This document shows positions 50,971-61,828 of a stretch of 64,000 nt of DNA, in pieces. The stretch comes from Gammaproteobacteria bacterium (GTDB lineage: Bacteria > Pseudomonadota > Gammaproteobacteria > GCA-001735895): positions 1-64,000 of the forward strand of contig JBNKUM010000030.1 of NCBI GenBank assembly GCA_050298595.1, given 5' to 3'. The notes under the pieces were generated by a model. The model did no database searches, had not been told where the DNA came from, and saw nothing but the letters and a program-made list of their open reading frames with translations. Each line of letters opens with the position of its first letter. The first letter of the stretch is position 1. A program made the position numbers and the translations under genes.

Positions 50971-51882
50971 ATGGGCCAATTGGACATTCATAAATTGAAC
51001 ATAATGATAAAACTACATAACTCACCAATCCAGAATATAACCTTTCAGAATCAATCTTTCTTAATCAAAAGAGATGATTTACTAGATGCTGAATTTTCAG
51101 GAAATAAAGCCAGAAAGTTTCACTACTTTTTGGTAAATGAGTTTCCAGATATTGATACAGTTATCAGCCATGGCTCAAATCAATCTAATGCCATGTACTC
51201 ATTATCAGTTCTTTGTAAATTAAAAAAATGGAACTTTATATACTATGTGGACCATATACCGACTTTTTTAAAAGAAAATCCAGACGGAAATTATAAATAT
51301 GCTTTAGAAAATGGTATGCATTTAAAGACATTTGAAAACAATCAAACAATAGCTGATATCGAATATGATACTGGTAATACTTTATTTATCAATGAGGGCG
51401 GAGCCAACAAAGAATCTCAATATGGTATAGAGATTCTTGCGAATGAAATAATACTTTACAAAGATGAAAATAAAATAAAGAATCTAAAGATATTCCTACC
51501 TGGCGGTACAGGTACTACTACTCTTTTTTTACAAAAATATATCAATGATGAAGTTATTACCACACCTTGTGTTGGGGATGAAGAATATCTAAAAAAACAA
51601 TTTTTAGAGCTTGAAAGTGATGTATCAATACATCCGACCATTATACCAAATGATAAAAAGTATCACTTTGGAAAGCTGTATAAAGAAAATTACCTATTAT
51701 GGAAAAAGTTAAAAGAAAAAACTAATATTGAGTTTGATTTATTATATGACCCTATTGGTATGAAAATATTTTTAGAACTTAAAAAAGAGAATGACTTCAA
51801 ATATATTTATATTCACCAGGGCGGTATAAAAGGAAATGAGACTATGATAAAAAGATATAAATTCAAATTTAAAGATATTTAG
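50971..51882 (+). CDS. PLP-dependent ACC deaminase / D-cysteine desulfhydrase-like protein
   Basis: KRDDLL..FSGNKARK, QSNAMYSLS, GGTGTT, FDLLYDP and YIHQGG motifs; visibly AT-rich. Confidence 0.85.
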   Translation: MGQLDIHKLNIMIKLHNSPIQNITFQNQSFLIKRDDLLDAEFSGNKARKFHYFLVNEFPDIDTVISHGSNQSNAMYSLSVLCKLKKWNFIYYVDHIPTFLKENPDGNYKYALENGMHLKTFENNQTIADIEYDTGNTLFINEGGANKESQYGIEILANEIILYKDENKIKNLKIFLPGGTGTTTLFLQKYINDEVITTPCVGDEEYLKKQFLELESDVSIHPTIIPNDKKYHFGKLYKENYLLWKKLKEKTNIEFDLLYDPIGMKIFLELKKENDFKYIYIHQGGIKGNETMIKRYKFKFKDI

Positions 51883-51977
51883 GCACTCAAGTTTTGGAGT
51901 TCAAATCCAATCAAAAAAATTTGATCGGCCGAGCCTAAACTGTATGAATCATTTTGAACTCCGAAACTTGAGTACCT
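51881..51977. mobile_element. 97-bp MITE-like inverted-repeat element overlapping the stop codon
   Basis: 25-bp arms AGGCACTCAAGTTTTGGAGTTCAAA (51881-51905) and TTTGAACTCCGAAACTTGAGTACCT (51953-51977), 2 mismatches. Confidence 0.7.
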
Positions 51978-52199
51978 TAATATCTCCTTCTGTCTTCAAT
52001 CAGCCAATTGCAGTGCATACTCCAATGGCTGCGTCCTGAAAGACTATCTTATTAAATCATAACTAATTCATCAATGTGGCAGATATAACTGTTTGCTTAT
52101 ATGCAGATACAGGAAGCTAACCTAGCCAGCCTTTCTCCGCGCCAACAAATCTGGCATCACACTCAATTGGCAAAATCATGTCAACTTTATCATTTGAGT

Positions 52200-52227
52200 A
52201 TGTGGGATGTGGGATGTGGGATGTGGG
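52200..52227 (+). repeat. Heptamer tandem repeat (ATGTGGG)4
   Basis: Four exact copies in the intergenic region. Confidence 0.9.
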
Positions 52228-52260
52228 CCTATGTTAACGACATCAACACTAAATCAGAAA

Positions 52261-53139
52261 CTAATAATCCGCCAGATATTCACGAATTAGCGCTAAGGCT
52301 TCGCGAGAAGCATTGCCTTTTTGCTCAGATAGCTGCAATGCTACCTCCCCTAGTCTGGCATATAGACTGGCATATTCCGGGTTCCACTGAGAAATTGCCA
52401 ACAGCTGATTTTCTACTACCATGTCATCACCCCGTGCTATAGGTCCTGTCAATGCGTCAGCCGTACCCAGGTGAAATATATTATTCAGCGTCTCGCGCAC
52501 CATGGGTTGCATAACATCCATTGCTTGCTCACGATCTAATCCGGAATTTTGGTAGGTTTGTATTCCAACTTCCATCAATGCCGTTAAATAGTTACATACC
52601 ATGACACTGGCGGCATGGTAATATATTTTGCTCTCAGCCTGTACACGAAATACCCTGCCACCGATACATTGCATCGCGGCTTCAATAATATCTAAAGCTT
52701 GCGGGTCACCTTCCACACTACAATAAGTGCCCATAAAGTTTTCCACCGCATTTGATGGATCGGCAAAACTTTTTACCGGGTGCATGCTGCAGATGAAAAC
52801 ATCGTACTCCCTCGCTTGATTTAACGCTTCGGAAGACAGTGCGCCACTGCAGTGAAACAAAACATCACCTGGTTTTAGTAAAGCAGAATCAAGCAGAGAT
52901 TGACAGGTATTGATAATTTCATTATCAGGCGTCGCAATTAAATAAACTTTGCCTGGAGGCATTTCATCCAGATTAGATATTGCAACTCCAGCCTCAATAA
53001 AATCGATGGCCTGAATTGAACTTTCGATAGATCGATTTAATACCCCTCCTATTTCAAAGCATTGATGAGTTGACCAGAGTCTCGCTAGTGATCTACCAAG
53101 ATGGCCGCAGCCGATGATGTTGAGCCTAAACTTATTCAT
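52261..53139 (-). CDS. Rossmann-like plus DUF2520 oxidoreductase (PanG-like)
   Basis: IIGCGHLG, IATPD, HCSGA, MHP..SF, YHAASV..CNY and LTGPIARGD motifs. Confidence 0.88.
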   Translation of the reverse strand: MNKFRLNIIGCGHLGRSLARLWSTHQCFEIGGVLNRSIESSIQAIDFIEAGVAISNLDEMPPGKVYLIATPDNEIINTCQSLLDSALLKPGDVLFHCSGALSSEALNQAREYDVFICSMHPVKSFADPSNAVENFMGTYCSVEGDPQALDIIEAAMQCIGGRVFRVQAESKIYYHAASVMVCNYLTALMEVGIQTYQNSGLDREQAMDVMQPMVRETLNNIFHLGTADALTGPIARGDDMVVENQLLAISQWNPEYASLYARLGEVALQLSEQKGNASREALALIREYLADY

Positions 53140-53389
53140 TTATTGGATAATCCATACAAACCAGCATCTTACGCACTGAGAAGATGCATTTTATATATAA
53201 AAATTCCAAATGTAGACTAGAATGATTATATCTACGAAATACTCAGTCTGAAGTGAATCTAAATTTAAGCTTATTTTATCGTTATTTATATGTACTAAAC
53301 ATGCGAGTAAGATTGAATTATTTTGAACATTTCATAGGGTCATAGGTTGTACAGAATCCCATTAACTTAATAAATGAGTTGATATAATA

Positions 53390-55297
53390 ATGTTAAAGAA
53401 GATTAATATTGGCACTTTGCTAGGGCTGAGTTTTACCGCTGTTTTATTGTTAGTTACTTTAGTTAATATACCTGTTGTTATATCCACGGTTTCCTCGGTG
53501 GTTCAATCAGCCGAAGAGCGTGAACTAAAGGCTCTATTTAACACCGCCACTATGGAACTGGAGTCAGAAGGCCATCTGGCGAGCGCACTGGCAACGACTA
53601 TTGCCAATATTGAAATTTTCAGTGATAAGTTTGCCAATCAGGATAGAGAAGGTCTGTCACAGGATCTTGCCGGTGTCTTTAAGGTCTTAAAAAAGGATTT
53701 TAATGCGCGACAGTTTCAATTTCACACACCACCAGCAACCTCTTTTCTTCGTCTGCACAAACCTGAAAAGTTCGGCGATGACCTGTCTTCCTTCCGAAAA
53801 ACGGTTATTGCCACAAATAAAGACAAAAAGAATGTAGTAGGCCTGGAGAAAGGGGTTGCGGGACTCGGTATTAGAGGTATTGCCCCTGTTTTCTCAAAAG
53901 GCCAGCATATTGGCTCGGTAGAGTTTGGTATGTCATTTGGTCAGGCATTTTTTGAAAAATTTAAACAGCGCCATGATGTTGATATTTCTCTTTACATAAA
54001 CAATGGCAATGAATTCCAGAAATTTGGTTCCACGCTTAAGGGCGAGCCTCTTTTAACATCCGCACAACTTGAGAGCGCTATGGAAAAGCCTGTTATTCAG
54101 GAGCTTTCAGTAGATGGTCAGGATCTGGCCGTCTACGCCTACCGGGTTGACGATTATACCGGTCATGCAGTAGGCGTACTCGAAATTGGTATGGATAGCA
54201 GCCACTATGTTGCAACCATTGCTGATGCAAAAAACACCGCAATCATTATTGGCGTGGTAGCGTTGGTGGCGGGATTAATCATTGCTTCTTTTATCGGACG
54301 TCTGATTGCTACCCCCTTATGCTCAACCGTTGAAGCTATGAATGAGATTGCTGAGGGTGGTGGTGACCTCACTCGCCGCCTGGATGAATCGGGTAATAAC
54401 GAAATCACTCGACTGGGTAAGGCCTTTAATCAATTTGCTGAGAAAATCCGTAACACAGTAAGTAAAGTTAGTAGTTCAACTTCCCAGCTCGCTGCAGCTG
54501 CCGTCGAAATGTCCACTATTACTGAACAAACCACCCTGGGTACTGAGAAACAACAATCTGAAACAGTGATGGTAGTTACTGCCATGAATGAAATGACTGC
54601 CACTGTGCAGGAAGTTGCTCGCCATGCCAATGAAGCTGCAGATGCTGCCAATAGCGCTGATCAGGCTTCAACCGAGGGGAAACAGGTCGTCATTAAAACA
54701 ATGCAGGCTATCGAAGCGTTGTCTGAGGAAGTTCATTCCGCAGCAAATGTGATTGGGCAACTTGAAAAAGATAGCGAAAATATCGGATCGGTACTGGATG
54801 TCATCAGAGGTATTGCCGAGCAAACAAACTTACTCGCCCTGAATGCCGCTATCGAGGCCGCTCGTGCCGGTGAACAGGGGCGTGGTTTCGCGGTTGTAGC
54901 CGATGAGGTGCGTAACCTTGCCAGCAAAACCCAGCACTCCACACAGGAAATCCAGCAAATGATTGAAAAGCTTCAGCATGGCGCTCAAAGTGCGGTCAAG
55001 GTAATGGACGAAAGTCGGGATAGAGCCAATAACAGCGTGGAACAGGCCGACAAAGCTAATTCATCACTTCAAATCATCGCTGACTCAGTATCAAAGATTA
55101 AGGATATGAATACTCATATCGCTCACGCTGCTGAGCAGCAAAGTGCAGTAGCTGAAGAGATCAATAGAAATATTGTGAACATTAATGATATCGTTGACGA
55201 TACTGCTAAAGGTGCCTCTCAGACAACCCAAGCAAGTGAAGAGCTGTCTCGTCTTGCTGTTGATTTACAGCAATTGGTAAATCAGTTTAAGGTTTGA
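53390..55297 (+). CDS. Methyl-accepting chemotaxis protein (Cache sensor, HAMP)
   Basis: [29 protein letters not shown] Cache motif and [34 protein letters not shown] signalling motif. Confidence 0.95.
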   Translation: MLKKINIGTLLGLSFTAVLLLVTLVNIPVVISTVSSVVQSAEERELKALFNTATMELESEGHLASALATTIANIEIFSDKFANQDREGLSQDLAGVFKVLKKDFNARQFQFHTPPATSFLRLHKPEKFGDDLSSFRKTVIATNKDKKNVVGLEKGVAGLGIRGIAPVFSKGQHIGSVEFGMSFGQAFFEKFKQRHDVDISLYINNGNEFQKFGSTLKGEPLLTSAQLESAMEKPVIQELSVDGQDLAVYAYRVDDYTGHAVGVLEIGMDSSHYVATIADAKNTAIIIGVVALVAGLIIASFIGRLIATPLCSTVEAMNEIAEGGGDLTRRLDESGNNEITRLGKAFNQFAEKIRNTVSKVSSSTSQLAAAAVEMSTITEQTTLGTEKQQSETVMVVTAMNEMTATVQEVARHANEAADAANSADQASTEGKQVVIKTMQAIEALSEEVHSAANVIGQLEKDSENIGSVLDVIRGIAEQTNLLALNAAIEAARAGEQGRGFAVVADEVRNLASKTQHSTQEIQQMIEKLQHGAQSAVKVMDESRDRANNSVEQADKANSSLQIIADSVSKIKDMNTHIAHAAEQQSAVAEEINRNIVNINDIVDDTAKGASQTTQASEELSRLAVDLQQLVNQFKV

Positions 55298-55378
55298 TGG
55301 AATTTCTAAACAGGAGTCAATCCACCTTATGGTAAAGTAGGCCTTGAATTTTTTGAGCTGTAGACTTTTATACAAAAA

Positions 55379-56410
55379 TTGGGGACATCAACCATGTGGC
55401 TAGCAGACAGCAATCGTTATCAGACCATGAGTTATCAGCGCTGTGGTCATTCTGGGTTATTACTTCCTTCAATCTCATTAGGTCTTTGGCACAATTTTGG
55501 CGATGACGTCGCTCACCTGACTAAACAGGCAATCTGTCGTCGTGCATTTGATCTTGGTATCACTCATTTTGACCTGGCTAATAACTATGGCCCTCCTCCT
55601 GGATCTGCTGAACTCGCATTCGGTCGAATTTTAAAACAGGATTTCCTGCCTTATCGAGACCAGTTAATCATTTCATCAAAGGCCGGATATGAAATGTGGC
55701 CAGGCCCCTATGGTGAATGGGGTAGTCGTAAATACCTGATTGCCAGTTGTGATCAAAGCCTGAAGCGACTTGGACTGGATTATGTAGACATTTTCTATTC
55801 ACACCGCTTTGATCCCAACACCCCTTTAGAAGAAACGATGATGGCACTGGATCAGATCGTAAGATCTGGTCGTGCTTTATATGTCGGCATATCATCCTAT
55901 AACTCACAGCAGACCCGCGAAGCCCTGGCCATTCTCGACAATTTGAAAACCCCCTGCCTGATTCATCAGCCGAGTTATTCACTGTTGAATCGTTGGATTG
56001 AAAGTGATGGCTTACTCAATACACTGGAAGAGTACGGTGTCGGGAGCATCGTATTCTCTCCTCTTGCTCAGGGGATGTTGACAGACAAATACCTGAATGA
56101 GATCCCTGAAAATAGCCGAGCTGCTCAGAGCAAATCATTAGACCCCAATTTTTTGAATGAAACTAATATGTCAAATATTAAAGCTTTGAATCAGATTGCC
56201 TTATCTCGTGGACAGTCATTGGCTCAAATGGCGATAGCCTGGGTACTTAGAGATGACAGGGTGACTTCGGCGTTAATTGGTGCAAGCTCGGTACAGCAAT
56301 TAGAAAATAGTGTAGCAGCGCTTAATCAACGAGAGTTCACGCAAGAGGAACTCATAGAGATTGATAAATATGCTCAGGAAGCGGGTATAAATATCTGGGC
56401 ACGGCGTTAA
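55379..56410 (+). CDS. mgrA: L-glyceraldehyde 3-phosphate / methylglyoxal reductase, aldo-keto reductase (likely start 55394)
   Basis: SLGLWHNFG, THFDLANNYGPPPGSAE and KAGYEMWPGPYGEWGSRKY motifs. Confidence 0.92.
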   Translation: MGTSTMWLADSNRYQTMSYQRCGHSGLLLPSISLGLWHNFGDDVAHLTKQAICRRAFDLGITHFDLANNYGPPPGSAELAFGRILKQDFLPYRDQLIISSKAGYEMWPGPYGEWGSRKYLIASCDQSLKRLGLDYVDIFYSHRFDPNTPLEETMMALDQIVRSGRALYVGISSYNSQQTREALAILDNLKTPCLIHQPSYSLLNRWIESDGLLNTLEEYGVGSIVFSPLAQGMLTDKYLNEIPENSRAAQSKSLDPNFLNETNMSNIKALNQIALSRGQSLAQMAIAWVLRDDRVTSALIGASSVQQLENSVAALNQREFTQEELIEIDKYAQEAGINIWARR

Positions 56411-56480
56411 TTCATTCTCTTGTTGAGCATGATCAGAAAACTCATGTAAAAATAGTACCCGACTGGATAACTCAGTAAAT

Positions 56481-57874
56481 TCACACAATGCGTACTTCAG
56501 TTTCCGGATCAAAAATAATGGCTTTAGAGGTATCAAACTTTAAGCGTATGGTATCGCCGATCCTGTACTCAGAAGATGACTGGACCCTGCTGACAACATT
56601 TGTTTCGTTCATATGGATGAAAATTAACGTATCTGGTCCAGTGGTTTCATACATTGTTATGGTAGCGCTACAGGCTGGCAGCGAGGTAAACGCTGTACCA
56701 TAAACGACATGGACGAAAACCAGCCCTGTCAGAGTGCCTGAGATACCAAGAACACCCAGTGTTTTTGCCACGGGTAGCAAGACCACCTGAAACGGGATAA
56801 AGCATCCAGTCAATAACATTCCAAAAAACAGATCAGAACCTTTAAAGCGCCATTGTGTCAGCACATATCCATTCACAGTACCCAGCATGGTTGAGATTAA
56901 AACTGCTGGTATCACCTTCACCATAGAATTCCAGAAATATCCCTTCGGACCTTCACAGCTAACACTGGTACAGGCAGAGTTCCAGGCAATCCCCCAGGTC
57001 TCCAGAGTGGGTGATATGGGCAGGTCGAGAAGTCCTCCTGAACGAATTTCATCCATTGTTTTAATCGATGTGATAACCATGACAACCTGTGAATCAGTCA
57101 TTGCGGCCACTCCTCACTTCAGAATAAAGATAGGGAACCATACTGTAAGCAGCATCATGGCGCTAACAGCACCCAGACCGAATCGAATGACTTGATCATT
57201 GTCTTACTATTTAAAGTAGTAGAAGGATCAAGGTCAACAAGAGCCTTACGGTTGAAATCTGCACCACCAACACCTGGCACAACTGACTCAAAGGTTGTTG
57301 CATCTTGCCAGGATTAACCACCATGAGCGACAGAAATAAACACTGTGGCTTTAATTTTATCGTCAGCAACAAAAAACTCATTCCAGGTTGTTGGGATTTT
57401 GGCGCCAGCTTTCTTGAATATGGCTGGATTGGCCCACATCCAGTTAACGTGATATACATTCACGGGAACGGCAAACCTGTTTGCCTTTGTACTTCATCAC
57501 ATTTGCCACTACGTCTGGCAATAACTTATCCCAGTTTCCTTTTTTGGCGACATCATCCAGATTCGCAAGCACACCTTCATCACCCCATTCCTGAATTGAT
57601 GACCCTTTAATCCAGGCTGCTGTAGGCGGGTTACCAGAAACAACACGAGATTTGAGTACGGTCATAGCATTTTCGCCACCACCACCCGCTACTGCGAAGT
57701 CTTTCCAGGTATGGCCTTTTGCTTTGAGCAAGGACTTTAACGCGGCTGCTGAGCGCGCTTCACCACCCGAAGTCCAATAGTGAAGTACCTTAACTTCACC
57801 AGCTGATGCTGCCGTATCAAGCGACAGGGTGATTGCAGTTGTAACGAGAGATTTCTTTATAATTCCAGGAATTA
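56481..57874 (-). pseudogene. Glucose ABC transporter operon (gtsABCD-like) collapsed by deletions
   Basis: In order: binding-protein N-half with lost start ([28 protein letters not shown]), permease-1 tail (GLGAVSAMM..VPYLYSEVR), permease-2 part (FIPFQVVLLP..VHVVYG), fused to an ATPase tail (ETTGPDT..FDPETEVRI). Confidence 0.85.
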
Positions 57875-57937
57875 CTTCTTATCCTTTCAGGATTTATCAA
57901 CGTTGTTCAACAGGAATTCCTGTCGATTAAAAAATTT

Positions 57938-58972
57938 TTATGTACTTTTATTATTTTCATGATGTGATACACCTAAATGGCTATATACATCCGCCAGTGC
58001 ACAAGCGGCTCCAGTTAAAGCTGGATGCTTATCGATGATTACGAATACGGGGATGTTTTTAAGATAATTACTAAAACGCCCCTTTTGTTCAAAGCGTTGC
58101 ATAAATGATGAGCCATGAAATGTTTCCAACAAGCGAGGGACAATGCCACCACCGATATATACCCCACCTTGAGCGCCTAAAGTTAAAGCCAGGTTTCCAG
58201 ACACAACACCCAGCCACCCAAAAAACAATTCCATCACTTCTTTGCAGATAGGACAGGTTCCTGAAATAGCCCTTGAAGATATTTCATAAGCTTGCAATTG
58301 CTGCTTAGGTTTATTGTCAATTTCACAGATTGACTGGTAAATTTCGCATAATCCCGTACCGGAGAGTAAGCGCTCAGCAGACATGTGTCCGAATCGTTCC
58401 CATTGCTTTTGAAAGATTGCTAGCTCACGTTGCGTTGTAGCACCGATGGTTACATGACCGCCTTCTCCTTCTATCGGCATCCAGCCATCTCGCGATGGTA
58501 GCAGGCCTGAAACGCCAAGACCTGTTCCCGCTCCAATAACCGCTATGGTACTACTGTCGACTTTTATACCGTCTGAAACCTGTAATAACTGATCGGACAG
58601 AAGTTTAGGAATAGATAGCGCCAGGCCGGTAAAATCATTAATGAGTTTGACAAACTCCAGGTTGAATCTCTGGCACATTTCAGTCAAGGAAAATGTCCAG
58701 CCATTATTGGTCATCTTTATCGTTTCACTACGTACCGGCGTTGCAATAGCAAGGCAGGCTTTTCTAATCTGGATATTGGGGAATTGAGAAATATAGTCAG
58801 CTATCGCATCGTATACGGTTGAATATTCACTGGTAGGATAGCTCTGAATAGCTTCTGGATGATTATATGATCCGTCATCGAACTCTGACACAAGTCCAAA
58901 TCGAGCATTGGTTCCGCCAATATCGCCAACAAGTACTCTATGAGTTATATGACCAGTTTCCTCTAGCTTCAT
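57938..58972 (-). CDS. glk: Glucokinase
   Basis: LVGDIGGTNARF, INDF, GAGTGLG, GEGGH, SAERLLSG and GGVYIGGGI motifs. Confidence 0.94.
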   Translation of the reverse strand: MKLEETGHITHRVLVGDIGGTNARFGLVSEFDDGSYNHPEAIQSYPTSEYSTVYDAIADYISQFPNIQIRKACLAIATPVRSETIKMTNNGWTFSLTEMCQRFNLEFVKLINDFTGLALSIPKLLSDQLLQVSDGIKVDSSTIAVIGAGTGLGVSGLLPSRDGWMPIEGEGGHVTIGATTQRELAIFQKQWERFGHMSAERLLSGTGLCEIYQSICEIDNKPKQQLQAYEISSRAISGTCPICKEVMELFFGWLGVVSGNLALTLGAQGGVYIGGGIVPRLLETFHGSSFMQRFEQKGRFSNYLKNIPVFVIIDKHPALTGAACALADVYSHLGVSHHENNKST

Positions 58973-58996
58973 TTTATAATTATTAATTTGATTAAA

Positions 58997-59062
58997 TTTA
59001 TTTCGTAAAGTAAATTAAATCAACAACCATATTTTGTCAATTATTTTTACTAACGAAATTTT
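58997..59062. promoter_or_regulatory. Two NagC/Mlc-type ROK operator-like sites
   Basis: 23-bp quasi-palindromes TTTATTTCGTAAAGTAAATTAAA (58997-59019) and ATTATTTTTACTAACGAAATTTT (59040-59062), each with the CGAAAT half-site. Confidence 0.65.
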
Positions 59063-59079
59063 TAACCTCGGGACTTTCA

Positions 59080-60279
59080 TTGAGCAAATCTAAGCACAAC
59101 TTAAAATCAGATAAGTCGCGTCGTTCTGGTCCAGCGCTGATTCGACAGACAAACCGGTTGGCAATACTTCATTCAGTTCGAGAAATGGGTCCAGGCTCCA
59201 GAAGCGAGATCACCAAACGTCTGGGGCTTTCTCCTGCCGCTGTATCGGCAGTTGTTGAAGAATTGATTGTTGATGGGCTATTGATTGAAGGGGGATCTAC
59301 CCTACCCACAAAAGGCCAGCGCGGTCGTCCTATAACTCCGATCATGTTGAATCCAGAAGCTGCTTACTCATTAGGGTTAACACTGCGTCCCTATCATAAT
59401 CAATTAGAAATAGAAGGATCATGGTGCAATTATGCAGGTGAAGTTAGCGTCACCTATTGCAGGCTGATAAGTGATAACAGCGATTGTGAATCGACACTTA
59501 AGGCCGTGAGCAAAGCGCTCAACACACTAAGTAATGAGGTTCCAGACAAGTCACGTATTACAGCTGCTGGCATAGGAATTCCTGGGATAGCCACCACTGA
59601 ACGCATTATGTTTGCGCCCAACCTGTCTTTTTTAGAAGGCGATAGTTTTATTAAGACACTCACTGAACAACTTCCCTACCCTGTTTATCTGGAGAATGAT
59701 GTCAATCTATCTGTGATATCAGAACTTGACCTGGTACCTGAACTTAAGCAAATGCGTTTTGCTTACCTGTATATTTCCAGTGGAGTAGGCGCTGGCATTG
59801 CAACCCATGGTAAACAAACATCAGGCTATGGATGGGTGGGTGAAATTGGTCATATTAATGTTCCGGCAGCCAATGGTCAGTTTAATTCGTTAGAAAAATT
59901 TCTAGGAATAGACGGTTATCTAGCCGAAGCATTACCCCGCTTAGGTCTGGCTAAAGACGACTGGGAAGAGTTGGCAAGACTTTGTTCAGTAGGTGATAGT
60001 AAAGCCGAGGAAGTGGTATTTAGTTATTCGGCTAATCTTTATTTAGCCTTGCAAATTCTGAATGCTGTTGCCGATCTGGATATTGTTGTTATCGATTTTC
60101 CGTCGAAAAGTCTGTATGAATTTATAGAGAAAGCGGTAAATAAGCTGATTAGTGAGTCTGTATTAAAAACAGAAATTATGCTCTGTAACAGTGAGCATCA
60201 TAGCAGCGTTCGTGGTGCAGCACTGAATGCGCTGATGATGTCACTGAACTCTCTGGAGTCGCGTAAAAGATCAGGCTAG
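59080..60279 (+). CDS. ROK-family transcriptional repressor
   Basis: N-terminal HTH (SRSEI..LGLSPAAVS..V.ELI..GL), GRP, GIGIPG, LENDVN and GEIGH motifs. Confidence 0.9.
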   Translation: MSKSKHNLKSDKSRRSGPALIRQTNRLAILHSVREMGPGSRSEITKRLGLSPAAVSAVVEELIVDGLLIEGGSTLPTKGQRGRPITPIMLNPEAAYSLGLTLRPYHNQLEIEGSWCNYAGEVSVTYCRLISDNSDCESTLKAVSKALNTLSNEVPDKSRITAAGIGIPGIATTERIMFAPNLSFLEGDSFIKTLTEQLPYPVYLENDVNLSVISELDLVPELKQMRFAYLYISSGVGAGIATHGKQTSGYGWVGEIGHINVPAANGQFNSLEKFLGIDGYLAEALPRLGLAKDDWEELARLCSVGDSKAEEVVFSYSANLYLALQILNAVADLDIVVIDFPSKSLYEFIEKAVNKLISESVLKTEIMLCNSEHHSSVRGAALNALMMSLNSLESRKRSG

Positions 60280-60291
60280 CAAGCTAAACTC

Positions 60292-60525
60292 TTATCTAAT
60301 AAGGGTGTTATCACGTAAATCATCCAACTGGTCTTCCAGTTTCTGGATTTCCAGCCTGATGAATTTAGCTCTCGGTGAATTCGGATCCATTTGTTCGATT
60401 TTTTTTACCGAACTGGTCATTTCATTAATGGTTTTTACCAGTCTAATTTCATCTACAGATAAGTCGAAATTTCTAAGTCTTTGACTTACCGTTTGAGTTT
60501 CTTTATCAAATTTTGTCATACTCAT
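60292..60525 (-). CDS. Small coiled-coil hypothetical protein
   Basis: 77-aa ORF with a CAGGT RBS-like sequence and helical, charged composition. Confidence 0.6.
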   Translation of the reverse strand: MSMTKFDKETQTVSQRLRNFDLSVDEIRLVKTINEMTSSVKKIEQMDPNSPRAKFIRLEIQKLEDQLDDLRDNTLIR

Positions 60526-60784
60526 TTTTGACCTGCACCTGTTATATTGTGTAGATAACCGACTTTGAAAGCCATGATCTAATTATTTATATAAGTCTAT
60601 TTATAGACCGAGCTAAAAAAAATGCTATGTTCTCGAGTAATATAGTTAAATTTAGCACTTTAAGTTTAGACCTAAACCCAAAGTAGAAGTATCTTTAAAA
60701 TAATGCTCTAAAATCTTGAAATAAGGGCGTATTCCATCCACATTATTGCAGAACTGGAGTAATTAAGTCCAATCATAAGTATAT

Positions 60785-60947
60785 AGGAGTCTGTTGGATT
60801 TAGTGATGAATCTACTGCGGAAAAGGCACTTTGGCCAACAATCCGATCATTTTCGTTAAATGGGCTCACTATTCGCCTCAAATGATCGAAATATTTGACT
60901 CAAAATGCCATTCCCTCGCTACGATCACCTAAACCTGACAGGCTCCT
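60785..60947. mobile_element. 163-bp fold-back MITE
   Basis: TIRs AGGAGTCTGTTGGATTTAG / CTAAACCTGACAGGCTCCT plus internal complementary blocks (CGATCATTT / AAATGATCG). Confidence 0.75.
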
Positions 60948-60954
60948 GGACGTT

Positions 60955-61671
60955 CTATAACTCGACATTGTGATATACATTCTGCACATCATCCAGATCG
61001 TTCAGCATATCGATGAATTTATCAAACATTTCCACATCATCTTCACTTATTGGAGCTGAGTTCTGAGGCAGGTATTGAATTTCATCGACGTCGAAATCAA
61101 TTTCACCAAAACTTTCAAGTAAGGCTTTTTTGGCGTTGAAATATTCAGTATGTGGTGCAAACACCGATATTTTACCCTCTTCATTTTCGATGTCGGTAAC
61201 ATCAACATCGGCCATCAACAAAGCTTCTAAAACGGCATCTTCATCATCGTGATCAAAAACAAGGATAGCACTGTGGTCAAACATGTGACTGACACTACCC
61301 TGTGTACCTATTTTAGACTTGGTCTTGGTAAAACATTGTCGAACATCGCCAAAGGTTCTATTCGGATTATCGGTAAGACACTCAATCATAACCATGCAGC
61401 CACCGGGACCGTAGCCTTCATAGATAGCGGGATAAAAGTCTTCACCACCACCCCCTTTAGCCTTGGTAAGTGCTTTTTCAATGACATGGCTGGGCACCTG
61501 ATCCTTTTTGGCGCGATCAATCAGGCCACGTAAAGTTAGATTACCCTCCGGTTCGGCCCCACCCGCTTTTGCACAAACATATATTTCTCGGCCATATTTG
61601 CTGTAGACCTTGGCTTTGGCATCAGATGTTTTAGCCATCGACTCTTTGCGGTTTTGGTAGGCTCTGCCCAT
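60955..61671 (-). CDS. YebC/PmpR family protein (YeeN-type)
   Basis: [25 protein letters not shown] and DDVQNVYHN motifs. Confidence 0.95.
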   Translation of the reverse strand: MGRAYQNRKESMAKTSDAKAKVYSKYGREIYVCAKAGGAEPEGNLTLRGLIDRAKKDQVPSHVIEKALTKAKGGGGEDFYPAIYEGYGPGGCMVMIECLTDNPNRTFGDVRQCFTKTKSKIGTQGSVSHMFDHSAILVFDHDDEDAVLEALLMADVDVTDIENEEGKISVFAPHTEYFNAKKALLESFGEIDFDVDEIQYLPQNSAPISEDDVEMFDKFIDMLNDLDDVQNVYHNVEL

Positions 61672-61828
61672 GTATCGGCTCCTTAATGAAGACTGGTTGA
61701 AAATTGTGTGAATCTTACAGATAACTGGTGATACAGAAAACTGTTTCAGAAAAAATTTCGTTTCTCTGAGTCAGGCACAAGTTTAAACCGCCATTTTAGG
61801 GCCTGTTAACACTATCTACCAACCTGGA

